Origin: Eledone cirrhosa
Taxonomy: Eukaryota
Length of the DNA stretch: 64,000 nucleotides
NCBI GenBank assembly: GCA_964016885.1
Contig: OZ024749.1
Span: forward strand, 868,001-932,000
Direction of reading: 5' to 3'
In this document: positions 1-11,569 of the stretch, piece by piece
Layout of the letters: the number at the start of each line of letters is the position of its first letter
How positions within the stretch are numbered: position 1 is the first letter of the stretch
Notes under the pieces: generated by a model
What the model saw: the letters and a program-made list of their open reading frames with translations, nothing else
Told to the model about the DNA's origin: nothing
The model's database searches: none
Position numbers and translations under genes: made by a program

Positions 1-9
1 ATATATAAT

Positions 10-320
10 GGAGGCACATGGCTTAGTGGTTAGAGCATTGGCCTTGCAATCGAAAGGTTGTGAGTTCAATTCTCAGACTGGGTGATGTGTTGTTTCCTTG
101 AGCAAGACACTTTATTTCACATTGCCCCAGTTTACTCAGCTGTAGAAATGAGATGATAGGGACTGGGGTCCATATCATTCCACTGCAAAAAAGCACCCAG
201 CACTCACTGTAAATGCGGTTGGTGTTAGGAAGGGCATCCAGCTGTAGAAATCAAGCCAGAATCAGTTCCCGTCCCACCCTTGCAAGCAGGGAAAAGCGGA
301 CGTAAAATGGAATGATGATG
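10..320 (+). mobile_element. tRNA-derived SINE (CORE-like body) with RTE-type 3' tail
   Basis: A box TGGCTTAGTGG and B box GAGTTCAATTC, then a CORE-like segment CCTTGAGCAAGACACTTT. The tail ...GGCATCCAGCTGTAGAAA...GGACGTAAAATG(ATG)n recurs at 16852-16965, 23500-23560 and 41040-41175 and resembles the 3' end of the RTE at 18011. Confidence 0.8.
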
Positions 321-329
321 ATATACATA

Positions 330-510
330 AATAATAACGCAGGAACTGTGGAAAGGAACCAGATGGACCATAACGCACCAGAGTACTCAATACTTAGGGT
401 AGTAGAGTGGGTAATAAGAAAATGTTTAACCCCGACGGCAGAAGCTCAAGCCATTTCGACGGCTATTCTGAGTCCAGAAATAGCCGTCGGGGTTAAACAT
501 TTTCCTATAT
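330..510. repeat. Dispersed repeat end with fold-back, TA-flanked
   Basis: Arms GAAAATGTTTAACCCCGACGGC (418-439) and GCCGTCGGGGTTAAACATTTTC (483-504). A reverse-oriented related copy lies at 27266-27369. Confidence 0.65.
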
Positions 511-635
511 AAATAATATATATATATATAAAAGGTAAACAGAAATAACAACACAATCGGTACAGAGTATGGAAAGAATATATTAGGTTATATATATATA
601 TATGTGTGAGAAAAACCACAAACCCTCCATCTCAA

Positions 636-676
636 TTCTACTTTTGAAAAGCAGAACTGCGAAACCGGTAAAGGAA
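636..676 (+). ncRNA. Minimal type I hammerhead ribozyme fold, U3-A8 core variant
   Basis: CTT-TTGAAAA-GCAgaacTGC-GAA-ACCGGT-A-AAG. Stem III is the palindrome ACCGGT and the cleavage triplet is GUA. Confidence 0.55.
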
Positions 677-832
677 CCAAATAAATATATATTTAAAAAA
701 AAAGACTCCAGTTGCATTTTCGATTTCATCTTTTTTCCTTATATATATATATATATATATTCGGTATACAAGGATGCAATCCACTTCTACCACTCGAAGT
801 CATATTACTTCTTGACAACAAGGATGATGGAG

Positions 833-1395
833 TATATTTATAAAGAGGAAACTGCGAAGTTGAAGATTATAGAGTCCCTTATTAATTGTTGGCAGAATAA
901 TATACAGACCATTTTCGGCTTGTGAAACTTTAAATATTTTCTATGATAAGTTATATTAACCATAGCAGTAGGTAACTTTCTCACTTTGGGGTTGATGGTC
1001 CCACCATAAATGGGTAACAGGTACGAATGCACTGAAATTCTGCTGGTCATCAAAGCTAGCAGTGAAAAGATTTGACTGGTTTGAACTCCTACTGACCGTA
1101 TGGGGTTGTCGGAGAGAACAAATAACGGCGGTGGCTGAGTGGTCAGCCAACCACACGTCTGTGCAGGGCTGTCAGGATGTTCTGTAAGTTAGAAGGGAGC
1201 AGACACCCAAAGCAAAAACATACATTTTTTAGTCCGCTCCCTTCCACCCAGGGTTGCCTCGGAAATGTTACCTTTTAACCAACTTTTGCTGTCTACAGAA
1301 ATCATGTTATCTATCGTCATGGAAATATGTATAACAGCTCAATTAATAAGGGACTCTAACATCTTCAACTTCGCAGTTTCCTCTTTATAAATATA
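833..1395. mobile_element. Non-coding element with about 55-bp terminal inverted repeats flanked by TA (MITE or inverted Penelope-like ends)
   Basis: TATATTTATAAAGAGGAAACTGCGAAGTTGAAGAT...CCCTTATTAATTG (833-888) is reverse-complemented at 1339-1395. Confidence 0.7.
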
Positions 1396-1439
1396 TATAT
1401 ATATATAAGTATGTACGTGTATCTTAACTTTGGATGCCT

Positions 1440-2010
1440 TTACTGTCTCTACTGTAATTCTTCATGCCTGCTTGTACCGCAAGTGCAACAAGGAGGACTT
1501 ACTTCTAAGATTTATTGCAGTAGTATCTGCAAACCTGGTCCTGACTTCCTTATCCACCAACGCTTCCCACTTCATCCTGTAGGTCGCCCTGGACACCCCA
1601 GTTTTATAGGCTTCTTTGGCTTTAGGTAGTTTCAAGTTGCAGATAACTAGATGATCAGTTAACAGCTCAGCCCTTCTCTTAATACGAACATCCAGCACAG
1701 AATCAAAGAGATCAAAGACAATAACAAAATCAATTATTGATCTCTGTCCCAGATTCTCCATGTATATTTATGGATGTCTCTGTGCTGGAAGGTGTTCATA
1801 ATAGAGAGTCCATTGCTAGAACTGAGTTCTAGTAAAGCCACTCCATTCGTATTTAGATCGGGGTCGCCATTCCTTCCAATCACTCCTTTCCATGTCAGGT
1901 GGTCAGTGCCAACATGTGCATTGAAGTCTCCCATCAAGATATATGACTCATTCTTAACTACATCTAACGCTGTATTCGGAAACTTTATTTGGAGCATAAA
2001 GTTGCACCAC
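1440..2010 (-). pseudogene. LINE (RTE-like) apurinic endonuclease fragment, frameshifted
   Basis: ORFs 1734..1997 and 1462..1761 give ILMGDFNAHVG, NGLSIMNTF, KYTW, RSIIDFVIV and DHLV motifs. Confidence 0.85.
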
Positions 2011-2105
2011 CCATAGTCGAGTGATGTTTTGAGTGTCTTAGATTACTTAATACAAAGTAATGTCGCAGACACACCCCAAACATCAACCAACTAACTTGAG
2101 TCATA

Positions 2106-2981
2106 CGGTGATACCTCGCAGTATGAGTTTAATTCGTTCCATGACTGAACTTGCTTTACAAATCAATTTTCACCATTGAAATTAATTAAAATATTAATCC
2201 GTTTTTTTCTGCCTTTCAAAATGTTACGAAAATGTGTCAGAGCAGTGCCATTAAATAAAGCAGCTGTAGATACTTTTTCAGGATGATTTTTTTTTCTACA
2301 AATTCAGAAACATCCTGCCACTTTGTCAACACTGCCTTTATGTCACTTGTAGAGATAGCCTTCTCCGCTACAATTTCCTCCTCCGGGGAAACAATCTTTT
2401 CCAATGCATCCAAATACTGCTGCTTTCTCGCAGATGATGGTCTCCGTAATCATATCCCCTGCTAGTTGCTTCTTGTTGATCCACAGGAAAAGCAATTTTT
2501 CCACCTCTTCGAGGACAGATGTGCGTTGCTAGGAGAGCCTGGAGACACCCCTTGCTGTTGTAATGGCCTTAATATTGTCCATTTTCTTCAGGATGGTGCA
2601 GATCGTCGACGTGCTTCGGTCGTATTGACGTGCAATGTTAACTACATGCACTCTTCTCTCATGTTTATCAACGATTTCCTTCTTCAATTCTATCGTAATC
2701 AGCCTTTTCTTCTTCTCAGCACTGACCTTAGGACCCATGGCTAACACAACTAATTATTATAAAATAATAGCAAAAAACGCACAAAACTAAAAAATAACAC
2801 TGGGAAAAACAATAGATATGCTGCAACGAGATAAACACGTGATGTGAGCGCCGACTAGTGGTCACTTGTAAGACACTTGCTAGTAATGCGGTTTAACACT
2901 CCTACTACAAGACAAACATTCGCACTTGCTTCGGCTCATACAGCAAATTCCTCGTACAATGGCTACTGCGAGGTTCTGCTG
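2106..2981 (-). mobile_element. Tigger/pogo DNA transposon, internally deleted
   Basis: ORF 2529..2747 (MGPKVSAEKKKRLITIELKKEIVDKH...STICTILK) resembles the CENP-B/Tigger N-terminal HTH. TIRs are CGGTGATACCTCGCAGTA / TACTGCGAGGTTCTGCTG, with TA on both sides. Confidence 0.85.
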
Positions 2982-3024
2982 TACTGTTAAAACTTATACT
3001 GCTTCTTACTTCGTATTTAACAGA

Positions 3025-3245
3025 ACTAAATGTGTGTATAAATACATGTATTCGTGTGTAAATACATGTATTTGTACATGGTTACGTATGTGTTTGTGTA
3101 AATATATTTCTGTGTGTATGCGTATGAATACATGTTTCCGTGTGTATGTAATACATGTATGTATATGTAATAGATGTGTTTGTGGAATGTATGTATGTAA
3201 TATATGTTTGTGTGTGTATGTATATAATACATGTGTTTATGAGTA
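3025..3245. repeat. Degenerate (TG/TA)n low-complexity tract
   Basis: Directly visible; it accounts for the spurious Cys/Val/Tyr-rich ORFs. Confidence 0.9.
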
Positions 3246-4006
3246 TAAGCTAGATCATAGAAAAGTAGTTATTGAAATCTTCTTACCGCAGCTGTAAAGA
3301 TATAGCAGGGTCTTGGAGACTGATAAAATCCAGGCAAGTCTCAACTCGTTAAACTTATTAAAGTATTGTTAGTTGGCAGTGCGTGGGCTAATCAGTATTT
3401 CTATAACTATATACTAACGACGTTTCTTTTTAGTTATACTTTCAGTTTATTCAACTCTAATTCTTTATCCTCACTAACCTAGTTTTATTTGTGTCTGTGT
3501 TTGGTTTTAGTTTCACCTATTTCTCTGTATTTATTTTATTCTAGCATTCCTGATCATTGCTTACATTCAGCAACAATTTCCTTTATGATTCATATCGACA
3601 GAAGATCTGTGAGGTCAGTCTATAGTAAATAGGTGTATATAGATAGAGAGAGATAGATAGATATGGGGACAGGAGAAATAACGAAGAAGATAATCTAATT
3701 CGTTCTTTGTATACTGGAGATAGATATATATATATAGAGAGAGGGGGGGGGGAGTTGATAAATAAAGAGGTATGAGGACAGCAGATAGAGTAAAAGTGAG
3801 TGAGGAGTGAGGGAAGAGAGAAGAGAAATAAATGGAGGAAGAAGAGACGACGAAAGAAAGATAAAGAGAGAGGAGCTAGCAACAACCGGAGAAGGTATAA
3901 GGAATACATTTAGAGGATAAGTGAGAGAAAACAAAGAGAAAGAGAGGACAATATAGTAATATATGATAGAGAGAAGGGGTCGTAGTTGACGGATAGAGGC
4001 CACTAC

Positions 4007-5735
4007 TATGTGGTACCTAGAGTAAACTACCACCAGGGATAGCTGTGTGGTACCTAGAGTAAACTACCACCAGGTATTACTGTGAGGTACCTAGAGTAAA
4101 CTACCACCAGGTATTACTGTGAGGTACCTAGAGTAAACTACCACCAGGGATAGCTGTGAGGTACCTACAGTAAACTACCACCAGGTATTACTGTGAGGTA
4201 CCTACAGCAAACTACCACCAGGTATTACTGTGAGGTACCTACAGTAAACTACCACCAGGTATAGTTGTGAGGTACCTACAGTAAACTACCACCAGGTATT
4301 ACTGTGAGGTACCTACAGTAAACTACCACCAGGTAGAGCTGTGTGGTACCTACAGTAAACTACCACCTGGTATTACTGTGAGGTACCTACAGTAAACTAC
4401 CACCAGGGATAGCTGTGAGGTACCTACAGTAAACTATCACCAGGTATTACTGAGGTACCTAGAGTAAACTACCACCAGGTATTACTGTGAGGTACCTACA
4501 GTAAACTATCACCAGGTATTACTGAGGTACCTAGAGTAAACTACCACCAGGTATTACTGTGAGGTACCTACAGTAAACTACCACCAGGTATTACTGTGAG
4601 GTACCTACAGTAAACTACCACCAGGGATAGCTGTGTGGTACTTACAGTAAACTACCACCAGGTATTACTGTGTGGTACCTACAGTAAACTACCACCAGGT
4701 AGAGCTGTGTGGTACCTACAGTAAACTACCACCAGGTAGAGCTGTGTGGTACCTACAGTAAACTACCACCAGGTATTACTGTGAGGTACCTACAGTAAAC
4801 TACCACCAGGTATTACTGTGAGGTACCTACAGTAAACTATCACCAGGTATTACTGTGAGGTACCTACAGTAAACTACCACCAGGGATAGCTGTGTGGTAC
4901 TTACAGTAAACTACCACCAGGTATTACTGTGTGGTACCTACAGTAAACTACCACCAGGTAGAGCTGTGTGGTACCTACAGTAAACTATCACCAGGTATTA
5001 CTGTGAGGTACCTACAGTAAACTACCACCAGGGATAGCTGTGTGGTACTTACAGTAAACTACCACCAGGTATTACTGTGAGGTACCTACAGTAAACTATC
5101 ACCAGGTATTACTGAGGTACCTAGAGTAAACTACCACCAGGTATTACTGTGAGGTACCTACAGTAAACTACCACCAGGGATAGCTGTGTGGTACCTACAG
5201 TAAACTACCACCAGGTATTACTGTGTGGTACCTACAGTAAACTACCACCAGGTATTACTGTGAGGTACCTAGAGTAAACTACCACCAGGTATTACTGTGT
5301 GGTACCTACAGTAAACTACCACCAGGTAGAGCTGTATGGTACCTACAGTAAACTACCACCAGGTATTACTGTGAGGTACCTACAGTAAACTACCACCAGG
5401 GATAGCTGTGTGGTACCTACAGTAAACTACCACCAGGTATTACTGTGTGGTACCTACAGTAAACTACCACCAGGTAGAGCTGTGAGGTACCTACAGTAAA
5501 CTACCACCAGGTATTACTGTGTGGTACCTACAGTAAACTACCACCAGGTAGAGCTGTGTGGTACCTACAGTAAACTACCACCAGGTATTACTGTGTGGTA
5601 CCTACAGTAAACTACCACCAGGTAGAGCTGTGTGGTACCTACAGTAAACTACCACCAGGTATTACTGTGAGGTACCTAGAGTAAACTACCACCAGGTATT
5701 ACTGTGTGGTACCTACAGTAAACTGCCACCAGGTA
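4007..5735. repeat. 37-bp minisatellite, about 46 copies
   Basis: Unit GTGAGGTACCTACAGTAAACTACCACCAGGTATTACT; period 37 checked (4081 to 4118). Confidence 0.95.
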
Positions 5736-5787
5736 GATCATCTGCATAGAGAAGTTCCCATGGGCAGCCAGTCTTAAACTCCTCTGA
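5734..5787 (-). pseudogene. Very short RTE RT fragment (YADD motif)
   Basis: Minus strand reads EEFKTGCPWELLYADDL, matching 19320-19370. Confidence 0.8.
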
Positions 5788-6002
5788 TGTTAAATGACGA
5801 TGATGATACTATAAGTAAATGTTCTCTTTCTTCCGTCTCATAATGTTACTACTTTTCTCTTCCATCAACACACAAATGGCATTCTCTTTCATTTTACTAT
5901 CCCCCTCTCTACATTCTCACACCAATACTATTACTCCTTCCTCCACCATCACATATATATAAGCATAATAATTATTAAGAATATAAAACACACAGGGGAG
6001 TT

Positions 6003-6197
6003 CTAATTGTCTTTACTTTTGGCACAAGGCCAGTAATTATCCCAGTGCATTACTGGTACCTTATTTTATCGACCCTGTAAAGATGAAAGACAAAGTCAAC
6101 CTCGGTGAGATGTGAACTCAGACTGTAAATGGCCGTAACTCTGTGCTGCAAAGCATGGCATCCGACCCTCTACCGATACTGCCAATCCACCGCCCTT
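6003..6197 (-). mobile_element. tRNA-derived SINE with Meta-like central domain
   Basis: Contains a diverged version of the family central segment GACTTTGCCTTTCATCCTTACGGGGTCGATAAAATAAAGTACCAG. Same family as the copies at 12431, 23118, 23315, 32262, 34085, 53991 and 62413. Confidence 0.85.
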
Positions 6198-6339
6198 ATT
6201 ATAACACAGGAAGGTTATAATAAGGCTGAAACATGTCTAGAGTTGTCTCCATCTTTTGAAGGTGAATAATGACATCAACCATATTGTTGGTTAAAGTCTG
6301 TCCTAAACCTGGCTGCTCATCAAACTGGAGTTATCCCAG

Positions 6340-6740
6340 TTTCATTAGCATCACTGAGAGAACAAGACTTTTCTTCACTTGGATGGGATGGCAGTTCACT
6401 GTAGGGTTAACAATCAGTTATTGCTGATACTCACTGTTTCTAGCTGAGTTGACTGGAGCAATGGGAAATGAAGTGTCTTGCTCAAGTCATCATCATCATC
6501 GTTTAACGTCCATCTTCCACACTTGCATGGGTTTGGACGGGAGTTTTCCCACTCAGGGCAAGATTGGTTGTCTTGCTCGGATAGGACTGTCTGGCAGGTT
6601 TTCTACGGCTGGATGCCCTTCCTAACACCAACCACGTTTATAGTGTGGACTGGGAGGTTTTTACCGTGTTTACAACATATTGCCTAGTCCAGGAATCAAA
6701 CTGGGAGCCGAATACCCGACCCATTGGGCCATGCATCTTT
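6340..6740 (-). mobile_element. Degenerate CORE-like SINE interrupted by an RTE 3' tail (6487-6670)
   Basis: The segment CTGAGTTGACTGGAGCAATG...GTGTCTTGCTCAAG is split by a (CAT)n-CGTTTAACGTCC tail similar to 18011-18190. Confidence 0.65.
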
Positions 6741-7559
6741 CATACTGTTGATATATTTATATGATTTGACTGGGTATCAGAGCAATCAGATGAAGTCAGA
6801 GAGAGGATTGCACTGGTACAGACATGTGTTACATATGGATGATGATGATGATTGTTGGCTGAAGCAATACTAAGAGATACTAGTGGAAGGAAGTTGCAGT
6901 AGAGGAAGACCAATGAAAACCTAGGTAGAAGTGGTGAGGGAGGATCTCAAAATGCAGAGAGGAGATGGCAAAGGAACACAATGAATGGAAGCTGCGTTGG
7001 AAGACTCATCCAACCCATACAAGCATGGAACAACAGAGTGTATGATGATGATAATGATTCTTGTTGACAATGCAGGCCACCAGAAACTGCCAACTGTATT
7101 GATTTATATATTGATTAGATCCTGTCAACTAGGACGTCATATTTTTCTCTATTCAGAAGATGTAGGCCTGTGAGAACTTTCATGATGTGATCACACTTAA
7201 AACATTATTGTTGTTGTTGATGTTGCTGCTGCTACTGCTGCTGTTGTTATTGCTACTATGGCTGTTACTATTGTTGTTGTTGTTAACACTATTAATGGAA
7301 TAGAAATAGGAGAATGACATGATGCAACTCCACAACGTGATCGGTAAATCTATTTTATTGACCCAACAAGGATGAAAGACAAAGCTGGAATTAACACACA
7401 ATATTGATTTCTAGTTTTAACCCATATCTGGGGGCCTGTGTCTTGTGAGGTGATATATCTGTACATGTAAAGTTCCCTGCAAAGTGTAAACCCGGACAAA
7501 GATTTTAATGAAAAAACCAGTAGTTACCCATGGTTGAAGGTTTCCCTCCCCATATCACT

Positions 7560-7960
7560 GACGTTCTTCTTTTCTTCGCCCGCTTATTCCTAAGAGGGCC
7601 GTGGGAGCAGAGTCCTCAAACAGGTCCTGTCAGTAGCAAACACCTCCAACTGATCCGGCCAGATCCCAAAGTGTGACCAGCCATGCTCATGGATGTTATC
7701 CAACCATCTTTTCAGGGTCTACCCCTGGGTCTCCTGTCAGTTGGTTTCACCCGTAAAATCTGTCCAGAGATTCTTTCCTGAGACATTCTAACCACATGTC
7801 CATAGTATCAGAGTTGTGATCTCTCAATTTGGAGAAGTTGCAGCTCTACTTGGAGAGACTCTCTGATCTCCGAGCTACGCACTTTATTGATTAACGTTAC
7901 TCCAAAGACACTTCAGAGGAACGCCGTTTCTGCCACTTGTATTTGCAATGTTGTCAAGGG
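7560..7960 (-). pseudogene. RTE-like LINE C-terminal fragment
   Basis: Minus strand reads YGHVVRMSQERISGQIL...RRPRGRP*KRWLDNI. Confidence 0.75.
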
Positions 7961-8369
7961 AAAAGCCAACAACTGGCACAGCTTGGCCCTCAGTGTTGTT
8001 GTCAAAACACAAATAACCAGAACAGCTACCACAGGTTTCATACTTTTCACGGGGTTCCTTTTTGAGGCAATATTTTATGGTCAGATGCCTTTTTATGGTA
8101 CCAACACTTTTAGTTTTCTCTTATGACATGCAGGGATACAGTACACTATGTCCATAGCCAACAAACTCAACTCTTCATTATTCAATCTACTTAGCCATAA
8201 ATAAGGGTAATGGGTAAAGACCTCTTTGGTCATGAATGACCACCGTATTTGCACTAAATTCCCCCCCAAGGCACAAGTTTGGGCAAGGTTTGTTTGTGGG
8301 AAACCAGTAGTCGCCCACACATACCAGTCTCCCCCCATCACACGACCAATGCTGTCCAAGGGAAAAGCA

Positions 8370-8610
8370 AAGGCCAATACAACCTGGCACCAGTGACATC
8401 GTAACTCATTTCTAAAGTTGAGTAAACTGGAGCAATGTGAAATAAAGTGTCTTGCACCAACACTTTTAGTTTTCTCTTATGACATGCAGGGATGCACTAC
8501 ATTAGTCCATAGCCAACAAACTCAACGCAAAGCCCGGTCCGGGAATTGAACTCACAACCTCACAATTATAAGCCCGACGCACTAACCCCTAAACCATGTG
8601 CCTTCACTAG
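8370..8610 (-). mobile_element. CORE-like tRNA SINE with an internal duplication of flanking sequence
   Basis: Reverse complement of the SINE at 10-150. Segment 8457-8527 duplicates 8100-8171. Confidence 0.7.
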
Positions 8611-8816
8611 CCATAAATATAAACCTAAAATATGTTAATATGTTTATCAGAGGTTTTCCTACCTATCCCCCTCCTTCTCCAAATAAATTGCGGCATGTAG
8701 AATAAAGTGTCTTGCCCCAATGAAGCAACGAAACACCTCCAGTAGATTTTAACTGATTATCTACGAATTGTTAATCTTATATATAATCTATTAAGTTGTT
8801 TTATCTCTACAAATAT

Positions 8817-9125
8817 TGATATAGCAATGAGGTTGTTGTACCCCTGTAAGATAGCTAGAACTGGTGGCATGATATAGCAATAAGGTTGTTGTACCCCTGT
8901 AAGATAGCTAGAACTGGTGGCATGATATAGCAATAAGGTTGTTGTACTCCTGTAAGATAGCTAGAACTGGTGGCATGATATAGCAATAAGGTTGTTGTAC
9001 TCCTGTAAGATAGCTAGAACTGGTGGCATGATATAGCAATAAGGTTGTTGTACCCCTGTAAGATAGCTAGAACTGGTGGCATGATATAGCAATAAGGTTG
9101 TTGTACCCCTGTAAGGTAGCTAGTG
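8817..9125. repeat. 53-bp minisatellite, about 6 copies
   Basis: Unit TGATATAGCAATAAGGTTGTTGTACCCCTGTAAGATAGCTAGAACTGGTGGCA; period 53 checked. The array runs into a SINE/RTE-type tail. Confidence 0.95.
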
Positions 9126-9599
9126 CTGGCAGCAGGAAAAATGCTCCCAGTACATGCTGTAAAGTGGTTGCTTGTTAGGAAAGGTATTCAGTTATAGAAA
9201 ACCAAGCCAAAAATCAGAACTGCCTGCTCAAGAAATTAACCTATAATTGGCTGACACATGCACCATTAACGTAGTCTCAGGGAGATTCAGTATGTGTGAC
9301 AAGTCTGGCCTTTTGAATTTACAGCTACGACTCATTTTTGCTAGCTGAATGGACTGAAGCAATGTAAAATAAAATGTCTTGCTCAAGGACACAACATGCC
9401 ACAGAGACAGAGAATTGAACTTGACCTTACAATCATGAGACCAGAACCACTACACCAGAGAGGGGCAGATGAGGGCGGAATGATTGATAAAGATTAAATC
9501 ATAAAACAGTAAAAATGCCAAGCAATGTTTTTGTAGCCACAGTAAAACAACAACAAAATAAATAAATAAATAAATAAATAAATAAAAGGTATTACTTAC

Positions 9600-9675
9600 C
9601 TGAAGCTTGCACCATGAAACATAAGGCAGCGAGGAAGAGGTGGAATACTGGGCTTTTGAATATCAGCTTCTCCAT
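9600..9675 (-). CDS. Candidate first coding exon of a secreted or membrane host protein (signal peptide)
   Basis: ATG at 9675 gives MEKLIFKSPVFHLFLAALCFMVQAS plus 1 nt, followed by a perfect CAG|GTAAGT donor (phase 1). The flanking sequence is non-repetitive. Confidence 0.6.
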
Positions 9676-9939
9676 TACTGACAGCTGGACAGTTGTAATG
9701 AGTTAAATCTATATAAGACTGACCACTGACCACTGACCACCATGTAGAAATGAAAGAATACTTTAGTGTTGGTCACAGTTAGACAAAACAAGTAAAATAA
9801 TAACAATAATAATAAAATAAATGAAAGAAAGAAGCAACTGTTAGGAATTAACTGAGACACCTTTGAAGAGAGAGAGGGAGGGGGGGTGAGAGAGAATGTG
9901 GGAAATATATATGACATACAATAAACAGACATGATAGTG

Positions 9940-10290
9940 ATGATGTGGTAGGGTGGGGTGTTGGTGTCAGTGGTGGTGAAGATGACGATTGTGGGGCAGT
10001 TGTTGTTGGTGGTGGTGGTGGTGGTTGAGGGGGTGTTGATGGTGGTGGTGGTGGAGGGCTGTTGATGGTGGTGGAGGGGGTGTTGATGGTGGTGGAGGGG
10101 TGTTGATGGTAGGGCTGTTGTTGGTGGTGGAGGGGGTGTTGATGGTGGTGGTGGTGCTGTTGTTGTGGTGGTGGAGGGGTGTTTATGGTGGTGGGACTGT
10201 TGGTGGTTGTAGGGCTGCAGTTCGTGGAGGGGGGCGTTGATGATGATGATGGTGTTGTTGGTGGTGGAGAGGGTTGGTAATGATGGTTAC
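9940..10290. repeat. (GGT)n-rich low-complexity tract
   Basis: Directly visible. Confidence 0.9.
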
Positions 10291-10699
10291 CATGACAATG
10301 ACAACAACAATACCAAGAAATACAATTCTAAGACAAAATTAATTTTGAGAAAAGTTCCATCTTGTAGTTGTCTCCTTGACAACTGAAGTATTTCAATTGA
10401 CTACACCTGCTGTTTTCAGAAAGATCACTGTTAAGATGACATCTTAATATATAATTACAGTTGTTCAGGTATAAGTAGATGTCCTGAGGTCAGTAACAGT
10501 GACTGTGATTGGTTTAAAACTGTGTCCAATGAAATAAAAACATCAATATGTCTCCCTTAGAATGTATTTAACAGTGTAAACAGATTAGTTAGATAGTTAC
10601 TGTTATTTGCTGCTTCTTGTCTGTAATTCTCTCAACAATACACCAGACTATGACAGGTACCTTGTCTGTAATTCTCTCAATACACCAGACTATGACAAC

Positions 10700-11030
10700 T
10701 ACTTTGTCTGTAATTGTTCTCACCGCTCCAAATAACAACGTATTATCTTCGTTTTTTCCCGTTCATTGCCAGGGATTGTCTCCACGAATCAAAGTATCGT
10801 CTTCCTGTTTTCCTTCGGTTGCAGCGTTTTTTGAAATATTTACTTCTGCGTTCACAGATTGATTTTTTTAGTTTCAGAAGATCCTGTTGAGGGTGAAAGC
10901 AACGATTCTTTGCTTAAACTTTAATCTGTTATTTTAATAAATATTTGCACTAGGGTTTTTATATATTTGATATATATTTATCCTTATCGAGCTCTCTTTG
11001 GATTTTAGTCTTCACTTTTATTACTATATA
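10700..11030 (+). mobile_element. Solitary 3' end (pseudo-LTR) of the Penelope-like family at 46944-48690
   Basis: Colinear with 48345-48690 and ends in (TA)n. Confidence 0.8.
10855..10928 (+). ncRNA. Hammerhead-like fold with CAGAAGA core
   Basis: AGTTT-CAGAAGA-tCCTgttgaGGGt-GAA-AGCAA..TTGCT-T-AAACT, with a distal stem CAGATT/AATCTG. Confidence 0.45.
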
Positions 11031-11569
11031 TATATATTATTTATCATAATTCTTCGGCTCTGTTTAATTACATTGAGCTATACCTTTTACTGTCATTTCT
11101 ATAATACGAAGAGGGTGTTTAACTCCAACACGCTCCAGTATTTTAACCCTTATATATATATATATATATATCAAGAAGGGGAGATTAGAGATCAGTTGTG
11201 AGAATTATAGCCAGTAGTGAAGAGGGTAGTGTGTGCTCAATGCATATTAAATGTAAGACAAGCAAACAGTGAAAGTAAGCAGGAGAAATATAAGCCATGC
11301 AAAGTATATAGGCAGAACTTAAATATAAAAATTATAGTGGGAGAATAAACAACCAAATCCTTGTAAAAATATTTATTCGCTTACAATTGTTTTAAAGGAC
11401 AAATCACAATTCGATCCATAAAAACAAAACCTATCAATTTTTGAATCGATAGGCCGAGGTAATATTAAAATCAAACTATGATCGGATATACAGATGTCCC
11501 CCTGGTATTTGTGGGGATTATGTTCATAAAGCATCCGTGAAGAGTGAAAAACCACAAATATTGTACTTG

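Noticed and set aside
10-80. tRNA gene
   Set aside because: The A and B boxes are followed by a SINE body and there is no complete cloverleaf. The same applies to the other SINE heads.
4007-5735. 37-bp palindromic repeats resembling a CRISPR array
   Set aside because: Units are head-to-tail with only three recurring variants, there are no unique spacers or cas genes, and the context is eukaryotic.
7405-7480. Second coding exon of the signal-peptide gene (GNFTCTDISPHKTQAPRYG)
   Set aside because: The acceptor and phase fit, but there is no consensus donor and the frame runs into a SINE fragment, so it is not listed as a feature.
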